Translations under genes and position numbers: made by a program
Shown: positions 9,415 through 17,435 of the stretch, piece after piece
Position numbering within the stretch: the stretch's first letter is position 1
Layout of the letters: every line of letters starts with the position of its first letter
The notes under the pieces: model-generated
What the model was told of the DNA's origin: nothing
The model's input: only the letters and a program-made list of their open reading frames with translations
Database searches by the model: none
IMG/VR virus record: IMGVR_UViG_3300025018_000340
Span: 1 to 35,093 of that record
DNA from: a virus
Taxonomy: Duplodnaviria > Caudoviricetes
Length of the DNA stretch: 35,093 nt
Reading direction: 5' to 3' (one strand)

Positions 9415-9915
9415 ATGACAGACGGAATGAAGACAGTCAAAATGACCAACGAGCAGGCACAGTTCCTGTACGCGATCCTCAACAACGCCAAGCTTGTCCC
9501 CATGCCAGACATCGCCAGCACCCGGAAAATCAACCGAGTGTTTGATGCGATAGAGCCACCCCTCAAAAAGTATGAAGACGCGGTAGAGAAGGCGACCGAG
9601 CCATTCCTGAAGGGACAGGTCACCGAGAAGAACCAGCCGATGGTGGACTCCTTCGGTGAGCTAGTGAAAGGCGTCCCCGGCAGCAAAAGAGCCGAGGCGG
9701 ACAAAGCCCTCGAGCCGCTGGCCAAGAAGGAACAGTCGTATGAAATCGAACGTGAGGCGCTGAGTTACGCCCAGACGCGCTTCGAGTCGGTCGTCAAGGA
9801 CAACTACAAGGAAGGCAAAGACAAAGAGATTCCTGAAGGCATAGGCGGCCGCAGAATGATCCGGCTATTTACAGAAGTCCTCCAAGCCCTCGAGGACGCA
9901 AAGACCAAGTCATAG
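9415..9915 (+). CDS. Hypothetical helical protein
   Basis: 166-aa ORF with typical codon usage. Confidence 0.75.
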   Translation: MTDGMKTVKMTNEQAQFLYAILNNAKLVPMPDIASTRKINRVFDAIEPPLKKYEDAVEKATEPFLKGQVTEKNQPMVDSFGELVKGVPGSKRAEADKALEPLAKKEQSYEIEREALSYAQTRFESVVKDNYKEGKDKEIPEGIGGRRMIRLFTEVLQALEDAKTKS

Positions 9916-9925
9916 GAGGAACCCC

Positions 9926-10894
9926 ATGTACGTCGCAGAAGTTCTCGCAGACATCGACTCCCGAATCGCGTCATATAATGTGAACGGATTCTGGAAGCAA
10001 GCCGAAAAGATGAAGTGGATCAATCAGGCGATCCTGCGCGTCTGGGGATTTACCTACCAAGATAAAGACGGCCGCATCGAGGTGGCAGATTGGACCTTCA
10101 CGAAAAAGACAACTGACATCACGACCGTGGCCGGGCAAGAAGCGTACGAGCTGTATACCGAGCTCCCGAGCTACAAGCCCGGGGGAATGGTGTCGATCTA
10201 CTACGTAGACGCAGACGCACTCGAAGAAAACAAGGACATCCTGCTCGACAACGTGTCGGCGCTGGACTTTTACTCCAACAGCTTCCCGGGATTTGGTGCG
10301 TACATCATCGAAGACGGATACCTCCGAGTCCGAATCTTGAATGCGTCGGGGATCGGAGCAGCACCGACAGCGTCCGGGGACTCCATCCGATGCACATACC
10401 AGAAGGTCCCAACCAAGATGACGATCCAGTCCCGGGGAGCCATCACTGCATTCGCAGACGCGGGAAGCGGACTCGTGACGGTCACCAGCGCAGGACACGG
10501 ACTCGCACCCGGGGGACTGCTGGCAGCGGGAACGGTCGTGGTTATTACAGACACGCCAAACTACGATGGAGCGCACACACTGCAGACCGCAGTCACAGAC
10601 TCGTTCACTATCACCGCCCCATGGGTAGAGAACGACGCGACCGGCATCTGGTACAAGTCGACCGAGATGGAAGTCGACGATGAGATGGCAGAAGCCGTGA
10701 CCAAGATCGCGCTGGCAACATGCCTCGAGAAGGACGGCAAACCGAACGAAGCGACAGCAGCCATGGGGGACGCCCAGTCCTTACTCATCCAGCAACACAA
10801 ACTCCAGTCCCGGGAAATCACACTGGTCAGCATAGGTAAAGCAACGTCAACACGATTCACGAGAGGGCCAATCCGTCAGAGAGGCCAATACTAG
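9926..10894 (+). CDS. Head-tail adaptor (tail tubular protein A-like) with inserted FCCH-like beta-domain
   Basis: 'KWINQA', 'ITTVAGQEAYEL' adaptor motifs; insert 'VTVTSAGHGL...NYDG...DSFTI'; AGGAGG SD. Confidence 0.7.
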   Translation: MYVAEVLADIDSRIASYNVNGFWKQAEKMKWINQAILRVWGFTYQDKDGRIEVADWTFTKKTTDITTVAGQEAYELYTELPSYKPGGMVSIYYVDADALEENKDILLDNVSALDFYSNSFPGFGAYIIEDGYLRVRILNASGIGAAPTASGDSIRCTYQKVPTKMTIQSRGAITAFADAGSGLVTVTSAGHGLAPGGLLAAGTVVVITDTPNYDGAHTLQTAVTDSFTITAPWVENDATGIWYKSTEMEVDDEMAEAVTKIALATCLEKDGKPNEATAAMGDAQSLLIQQHKLQSREITLVSIGKATSTRFTRGPIRQRGQY

Positions 10895-12351
10895 TGGAAG
10901 CCTACATCGTCAACAAATGGCGAGGAGGAATCAGCCCGGACCCCTACGAAGGAGCTCCGGGCTCTTACCGTTTCGGATATGGACTGAACATCCGGGGAGA
11001 GGAAAACCTCCTGAGATGCCAGCAGGCGCTCAAGCTAGACTCCGAATCAACCGTGACCGTACAGATCAGAGCGATGGTCTCCGGCTCCGATAACAAGCTC
11101 TACGCTTTCGGCGAAGGCGGGAAAGTGTACCGGAAGTCCGGAAGTACGTGGGCTCTGGTCTACACAGTCGGAGGGACAAACGCAGCGGGAACGATCTCCG
11201 GAGCAGCCGAGTACAGAATGAAAAACTCCGGAGGGACACCAACCCAATACCTCGTGTACGCAACGATGACAAGACTCCACAGGATCACCCTCGCTAATGC
11301 AGCAGGCACGTGGACCGGCAACGTCGAAGAAGACTGGAAGACGCTAAACAGCGCAGCAAGACACCCTATGGTGGAAGCCATGGGAAGCCTCGTCATTGGG
11401 GACAGACACGGTCTGGCGCTGGTGGACCCGGAAGCTGGAGTCGCATCCGGAAGCTCCCCTGCACTATCGCTCCCATACAAACGATTCGTGGGATCCGTCC
11501 TGTCACTGGACCAACAAACCTACGTGGGAACATACGCGGACTACAGCGACGACTCATACATCTACTCATGGGACAACATCGCACCGAGCTGGATCAGGCA
11601 GACATCCGTCCCGGACAAATACGTCAACTCGATGAAATACTACGGCCAAGGAATCTTCCTTCAGTCCGGAAACTATGGGGGACTGATGATGTACGACGGA
11701 GCGAAGGCCATGCCGTTCATCGACCTACCCGGAAGATCCGGAACCGTGTACGCAGAAGCCATGGAGCTACACGACAAGCTGCTCTGGATGGGACTAAGCA
11801 ACGGGACCAAGTGTGGCGTTTATTCCATTGGGCAAAGGTTAGGAAAGGACCCATTCGCTCTGGCGCTCGACTACATCACGTCGGCCGAAACACCAAACTC
11901 AAACCACAATGTCTCGAACGTCGTAGTGGGAGCCATCGTCCCGCACAACGGAAGCTTCTATGTCGCATGGGAAAACACCACTGCGGCCGGAGTCGACGTC
12001 ATAGATACGGCAAATAAAGCCACAGGACGCTATGAGAGCCTCATCTACACAGGAGAAAGTGCCAACATCAAAAGACACCATACAGAGCTGAGACTCGCCA
12101 CCCGGCCACTCCCGGCAGGATGCAGCGTAGGCGTGCAGGTACGGATCAATGGCCAGTCGTGGGTAGATTTGAAACAAGTGGATGGCCGCAAATACCACAA
12201 CATCCTCGGAGCCACTCAAGCCATTTTCAGAATAGACAACACCATCGCGTCCCAGTGCGCAGAGTTTGAATTCGCACTGACGCTCACCCCATCGAGCAAC
12301 GAGACGCCAGAGGTTATCGAAGTGCTGAACCTTTACGAGGGAAAGAGATGA
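10894..12351 (+). CDS. Tail nozzle / tail tubular protein B-like beta-propeller
   Basis: 'WRGGIS' N-terminus, repetitive beta-strand pattern, position between adaptor and fibre. Confidence 0.7.
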   Translation: MEAYIVNKWRGGISPDPYEGAPGSYRFGYGLNIRGEENLLRCQQALKLDSESTVTVQIRAMVSGSDNKLYAFGEGGKVYRKSGSTWALVYTVGGTNAAGTISGAAEYRMKNSGGTPTQYLVYATMTRLHRITLANAAGTWTGNVEEDWKTLNSAARHPMVEAMGSLVIGDRHGLALVDPEAGVASGSSPALSLPYKRFVGSVLSLDQQTYVGTYADYSDDSYIYSWDNIAPSWIRQTSVPDKYVNSMKYYGQGIFLQSGNYGGLMMYDGAKAMPFIDLPGRSGTVYAEAMELHDKLLWMGLSNGTKCGVYSIGQRLGKDPFALALDYITSAETPNSNHNVSNVVVGAIVPHNGSFYVAWENTTAAGVDVIDTANKATGRYESLIYTGESANIKRHHTELRLATRPLPAGCSVGVQVRINGQSWVDLKQVDGRKYHNILGATQAIFRIDNTIASQCAEFEFALTLTPSSNETPEVIEVLNLYEGKR

Positions 12352-15300
12352 GCGAACCAATCGAAGCGATCTATAAAAACCGAGTAGTGGAACAGTGGCA
12401 ATACGCAAGCGCGATGGCAGGGCCAGACTCCCTGCCTATTTCTGTATTTAATGCAGGACAAGGGACTCGATCCGCGATGAACACCATCGCAGGCGACATG
12501 TCCCTACTGAACTGGCAGTCCACGATGGTATTCAGCGCGACCGACCACAACACCGTGGCATGGGGAGCTGGTACCGTCACATTTGCAAACAAGAGCGCAT
12601 ACGCTATCGGTGCCGGGAACACCGGCAACATGACGACAACGACATACATCTACCTCTCCCTGCACACCAGCAAGAACACCCTCCAGACGTCGACCACGGC
12701 CAGCGACGCAGTGGGGCAGAACAAGATCCTCATCGGCGTAGCTATCCCGAACGCGGACGCAGCGAAGGAAGCCGTGTTCCAAATGTTCGGAGGCATCGGA
12801 GGACTCAACCCCAGCATCCACACCGGCAACATCGTCGCAGAATCCATCACGACTACCGAACTGGCAGCCAACGCGGTAACGGCCGAGAAGATAGACGTGA
12901 ACGACCTATCTGCTATCTCGGCCGACCTTGGATCCATCACAGCGGGAAACATCGTGATGGACACCAGCGGATTCATACGCGGCGGCGCGTCGGCGTATGC
13001 TTCCGGCGTTGGCTACTGGCTCGGTTATGATACCGCCGCCTACAAGTTCTTCATCGGGAACAGCACCGGAAACAACATGGTCTGGGACGGATCAGCGCTG
13101 ACGGTCACCGGAGCGCTCGTGACGTCAACAGGAAGCGACATCGATGGCGTCTACCTCTCGAACGGAACAGTGACGGCCGAGAAGATCGCAACCGGGACCC
13201 TAACCGCAAACGAGATCGCTGCCAACACGATCACAGCAGCAGAGATCGCAGCCGGGACCATCACCGGGACCGAGATCGCAGCGAACACCATCACGGCCGG
13301 GAACATCGTCGCCAACACCATCACGTCAGCAGAGATCGCAGCCGGGACTATCACGACACTGGAGATCGCAGCCAACACGATAGTGGCCGGGAACATCGTC
13401 GCCGCTACCATCACTGGGACGGAGATTGCAGCCAACACGATCACCGGAGCAAACATCTCAGCAATGGACCTGTCGTCGAAAACGATCACGGCAGACCAAG
13501 GGACGATAGGCAGCTGGATCATCGGAGCGACACTCCTGAAGTCAGCAACCAGCGCAGAGCGCATCGAGCTGAATCAAGCCGAGAATCGAATCTCCATCTT
13601 TGATGCGGTCAACGAAAAGGTCGCCATGGGATACCTGAACGGCCTAGCGAAGAACGTCGGAGTCGGCAACTGGGGAGTGTCGGACTATGGCTTCTGGGCC
13701 AAGGCCGGGGACTCGCTGCAGATCGATGGCGACGTAACATACCAAGCCGGAGATTGGCTCATTGAGAACGACGGAAGCATGCTAGTGAAGGACAGCTCGA
13801 ACAACACGATCATCCGACTAGGAACAGACACCGGAGAGAAAGGCGTCTTCATCTACAACACAGCAGGCGCACAGCTGGCCAAATACATCAGCGACGAAAT
13901 ATACATCGGGACAGCCGGAGACGACATACGATACACAGTGGCAGGCGGCCTAGTTATCTCCGGCGACGTCACAATCACTGGGGGGAGTGGCATCGCCAAC
14001 CTGAGCGACGCAGGATCCCTAGCAACGCTCGACCCGGGCGACGTGGACCAAACCGCACTACAGAACGCAGCAGCCGCAGGAGCGACCGTAGGCGCAACGT
14101 GGGGGACAAATATCAGCAGCCAACCAACCGCTTTGAGCGGGATCAACGCGACCGAGGGAACAAAGCTGTCAGGGATCGCAACCGGGGCAACAGTCGGCGC
14201 AACGTGGGGAACCAACCTGAGCAGCATCCCGGCAACGCTGGGGACACCCGGAGCGGACGGACTCTACCTGTCGTCAACCTACATGGGATACTACAAAACC
14301 TCAGCGTGGACGACGTTCATAAAGAACGACGGCACGTTCACGTTTTACGGAGACGCCAACAACAGCATCGTCTGGGGAGGGACAACCCTAACCGTCACCG
14401 GCAACATCGTCATCAAGAACGCGTCAACGGTCCGCACAGCGATAAACGTGGCAGACGGAGCAACGGCCGGTGCTACGTGGGGAAGCAATATCGGAAGCCA
14501 ACCAACCAGCCTGTCCGGGATCAACGCGACCGAGGGAACAAAGCTGTCAGGTGTCGCAGACGGAGCAGACGTCACCTCGGCCAACACAGCTGCCAACGCG
14601 GCAAGCTACACAGGATCCGTCATCGCAACCACCTACACAGCTGCCAAGTGTACTGATGCAAACGCAGACCAGACCTCGGCGCAGTTTTCAAATGCCATAG
14701 CAACGATCGATGCAACGACAGACGCAGGGGAGCTGGGATTTGATTCCAACGGCAACCTCGTGACGAAAGTCCTCCCGGCCTCCGCAATCGGGGCAGACCC
14801 CGGAGCCACAGGACTGTTCCTCGGATCCGACTACATGGGATACTTTGATGATACAGCGAACGCGTGGAAGACCTACATGGACTCCAGCGGAAACTTCTAC
14901 CTCGGGGGAACGTCTGGATCCCTTGTATGGAACGGCACTGACCTGACCGTACAGGGGACCGTCAACGCAACAGCAGGAGGATTTGGGACAGGCTATAATA
15001 AAGTGACGGTAGCCACGAGCGGACTCGTGGTAGACGCAGCAGATGGAATTACCGTTGCGTCCGGGGGGATTACCTTCGAGTATGCTGGCACATCTTCGTC
15101 CACCCTTTCCTTTTACGATGGAGCCGCGACGTTCTCCATTTATGGGGTAGACAGAACAGGCGTCTCTGGTTTTGGCGACTACTACGACCAAGCCGGAGTG
15201 ATCTCGGCCCCCGGAGGTGTGGGGGGGTATTCACACCTTGTGATTAACGCAGACCGCATAATCCTACCGGGGACAACGACAGACCCGTGGATGCTCAGGG

Positions 15301-16172
15301 GAGTTTCCCTGCTCTCCGCCGATGGAGTAGGACTGCACAGTGGAACTTATGCGCCGGTTGTTTGGACGTGGCACAACAATGTGGCGTTTTTTGAAAACAG
15401 AGTTCACATCCCGAGCACCGGATCCTTCTACGGAACCACAGGCGACGTGGTCCTATCCTTCCGAGACTTTGACATTTACATCTCATCAGCCGACGACGGC
15501 CACCTAGACCTAACAGCCGACACAAGCATCGACCTGAACGGAGCAGTCGTGGGGACCTCCACCATGAACGTATCCGCAGACACAGACACGGCCCACAGCT
15601 TCGGCAGGCTCGCATTCGGATACGGAGCAGCGAACACGGACTACGCACGCGTGGCACACTACGACCACCTGACAGCGACAAACTACGGATTGATGCTCGG
15701 ACCGAGCGGGCAGACATATCTGAACGCGGCATCGGGGCAAAAAATAGAGTTCAGAATCAACAACACAGGACTCTTTGCTCTACAGTCAGACCGTATCGTA
15801 CCGATAACTACCAACACCATGTACCTCGGAGACGGCACGTATCGCTGGGTCAGGTACTACGGAGTCAACAGCGACAACATCAGCTCTGACATGAGGCTGA
15901 AAACGATAGCCCGGTCCTTTAATTACGGAACGAAGGAAGTCATGGCGATTGACCCGATTGTGTACTACTGGAAAGACGACAAGACACGAGAGCACCACTT
16001 AGGATTCTCGGCCCAGCAGGTAATGAAATATATGCCAGAGTTAGTAGGTGTCGCAGATGACGAGATGGGAACTCTGGCACTGACCTACGAACGACTGATC
16101 CCTGTCTTATGGAAGACAGTGCAGGAGCAGCAGTACAGGGTCACCAGCCTCGAGGAAAAATTAGCAGCTTAG
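12348..16172 (+). CDS. Tail fibre / receptor-binding protein with C-terminal peptidase S74 intramolecular chaperone
   Basis: 10-aa ITAxEIAAxT repeats; repeated beta modules; 'SSDMRLK...GFSAQQV...PELV...YERLIPVL' plus terminal coiled coil. Confidence 0.9.
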   Translation: MSEPIEAIYKNRVVEQWQYASAMAGPDSLPISVFNAGQGTRSAMNTIAGDMSLLNWQSTMVFSATDHNTVAWGAGTVTFANKSAYAIGAGNTGNMTTTTYIYLSLHTSKNTLQTSTTASDAVGQNKILIGVAIPNADAAKEAVFQMFGGIGGLNPSIHTGNIVAESITTTELAANAVTAEKIDVNDLSAISADLGSITAGNIVMDTSGFIRGGASAYASGVGYWLGYDTAAYKFFIGNSTGNNMVWDGSALTVTGALVTSTGSDIDGVYLSNGTVTAEKIATGTLTANEIAANTITAAEIAAGTITGTEIAANTITAGNIVANTITSAEIAAGTITTLEIAANTIVAGNIVAATITGTEIAANTITGANISAMDLSSKTITADQGTIGSWIIGATLLKSATSAERIELNQAENRISIFDAVNEKVAMGYLNGLAKNVGVGNWGVSDYGFWAKAGDSLQIDGDVTYQAGDWLIENDGSMLVKDSSNNTIIRLGTDTGEKGVFIYNTAGAQLAKYISDEIYIGTAGDDIRYTVAGGLVISGDVTITGGSGIANLSDAGSLATLDPGDVDQTALQNAAAAGATVGATWGTNISSQPTALSGINATEGTKLSGIATGATVGATWGTNLSSIPATLGTPGADGLYLSSTYMGYYKTSAWTTFIKNDGTFTFYGDANNSIVWGGTTLTVTGNIVIKNASTVRTAINVADGATAGATWGSNIGSQPTSLSGINATEGTKLSGVADGADVTSANTAANAASYTGSVIATTYTAAKCTDANADQTSAQFSNAIATIDATTDAGELGFDSNGNLVTKVLPASAIGADPGATGLFLGSDYMGYFDDTANAWKTYMDSSGNFYLGGTSGSLVWNGTDLTVQGTVNATAGGFGTGYNKVTVATSGLVVDAADGITVASGGITFEYAGTSSSTLSFYDGAATFSIYGVDRTGVSGFGDYYDQAGVISAPGGVGGYSHLVINADRIILPGTTTDPWMLRGVSLLSADGVGLHSGTYAPVVWTWHNNVAFFENRVHIPSTGSFYGTTGDVVLSFRDFDIYISSADDGHLDLTADTSIDLNGAVVGTSTMNVSADTDTAHSFGRLAFGYGAANTDYARVAHYDHLTATNYGLMLGPSGQTYLNAASGQKIEFRINNTGLFALQSDRIVPITTNTMYLGDGTYRWVRYYGVNSDNISSDMRLKTIARSFNYGTKEVMAIDPIVYYWKDDKTREHHLGFSAQQVMKYMPELVGVADDEMGTLALTYERLIPVLWKTVQEQQYRVTSLEEKLAA
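13165..13460 (+). repeat. About 10 tandem 30-nt / 10-aa repeats (ITAxEIAAxT) in the tail fibre
   Basis: Visible in translation and as recurring 'gagatcgcagcc' units. Confidence 0.9.
14138..14551 (+). repeat. 36-bp identical direct repeat (14138-14173 and 14516-14551) within duplicated GATWG modules
   Basis: cgggatcaacgcgaccgagggaacaaagctgtcagg occurs twice. Confidence 0.9.
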
Positions 16173-16189
16173 TCAAGTAAGGAGCCACA

Positions 16190-17431
16190 ATGGCTACATC
16201 AAAGAAAAAGGGATGGAACAAACCAGCCTACTCGTCAGGACCGTGGGACGAGAAAGCATATCTCAAAGCGTACCCAGACGTGGCGAAGAAAATCGCGGCC
16301 GGGGAGATTGGATCAGGGAAAGCCTACTACCGAACCCAAGGAAAGGATGCCGGGCAAAAAGGATTCTACGTCACGGCATCCAACTCTGACGTCAACAAGA
16401 CATCAAGCGCAAACTCCGACGGAAACAAGAAACCCAAGAAGAAGCTGACCAACCAGCAGAAGTATGATGCACAGCAAAGGGCTCTCGACAAGGCGCTCGG
16501 GGGATACGAAGACAGCATCGGAGGACTGGTGCGGTTTTACCAAACGGCCTACGAGAACTACGCTAAGAAAGCCGGGCTTAAAAAGATGAAGGCTGGCCTC
16601 GCCGGGATCCAGAAACAAATCGATACGGAGAAGAAACGACTCACCAGCTCCATCGATGCCGTGGCAGGTAACTCCAACATCTCCGCAGCCACCATCACAG
16701 GCCAGACCGGCCGCATCCAAGAGCTACAAGGAAACCGCATCAACAACCTGATCGATGAGCATAACGCAGAAGCGGAAGCCTACAACGCAGCCGTCGACGA
16801 AGTGATGCAAAAGATCGGACTGAAGGCACAAAGCGTATCCTCTCGCGTCGACCTTGCCGGAGCGAAGATCAGTACGTACCAAGACAAGCTGGGCAGAGCC
16901 GGAGACAGAGTCAATGCCGAGATCTCCGCCATCAATGCCAAGGCTGATGCCGAACGCTGGCAGAAGGAGTTCGAGCTCGAGATCTTCAAAGCAGAGACAA
17001 GCCGGTACTCGGCAATAAAACCAAGCAGCTCCGGCTCCAGCTCCGGCTCCAGCTCCGCCCCGGGCTCATACAACCTGCAGTCCAAGACCGTCAAGATCAT
17101 GACCGGAGTAGACACGCTCGGCCAGCCAGTGTACTCCGAGCAGTCCGCGCTCTTCGATCCAAGGACAGGAGAAACGACGTATGACTTCCCACGAGTCAGC
17201 GAATCAGGACTGCTCGACAAACTAAGGGAAGCGAAGGACTCAGGCTACACGCTCGAGCAGGCCAAGAGCGAAGTGGGCAACGCAGTAACAGATACCAACA
17301 AGTCGGCATCCTTCGTGGTAGACCAATACTGGGGATTACTACCAGAACCAGCAGCGCCAACCCCGATCACGGATGCACTCAAGGGAGCGGGAAGTTGGAT
17401 CAAGAACTTTTTCAGTAACCTCGGGAAGTAA
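16190..17431 (+). CDS. Probable internal virion (ejection) protein with N-terminal YPDV module
   Basis: Long coiled coil, Ser/Gly linker, located between fibre and giant protein; AAGGAG SD. Confidence 0.65.
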   Translation: MATSKKKGWNKPAYSSGPWDEKAYLKAYPDVAKKIAAGEIGSGKAYYRTQGKDAGQKGFYVTASNSDVNKTSSANSDGNKKPKKKLTNQQKYDAQQRALDKALGGYEDSIGGLVRFYQTAYENYAKKAGLKKMKAGLAGIQKQIDTEKKRLTSSIDAVAGNSNISAATITGQTGRIQELQGNRINNLIDEHNAEAEAYNAAVDEVMQKIGLKAQSVSSRVDLAGAKISTYQDKLGRAGDRVNAEISAINAKADAERWQKEFELEIFKAETSRYSAIKPSSSGSSSGSSSAPGSYNLQSKTVKIMTGVDTLGQPVYSEQSALFDPRTGETTYDFPRVSESGLLDKLREAKDSGYTLEQAKSEVGNAVTDTNKSASFVVDQYWGLLPEPAAPTPITDALKGAGSWIKNFFSNLGK

Positions 17432-17435
17432 CACC

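Noticed and set aside
13165-14551. Tail-fibre repeats as a CRISPR array or DGR template/variable repeat
   Set aside because: The repeats are coding and in frame without unique spacers, differences are not adenine-specific, and no reverse transcriptase or cas gene is present.
17026-17056. 12-nt tandem repeat AGCTCCGGCTCC
   Set aside because: Ordinary Ser/Gly linker expansion.
17373-17435. Upstream start for the giant protein
   Set aside because: It overlaps the previous gene; ATG 17436 directly follows the upstream stop and gives a more plausible N-terminus.
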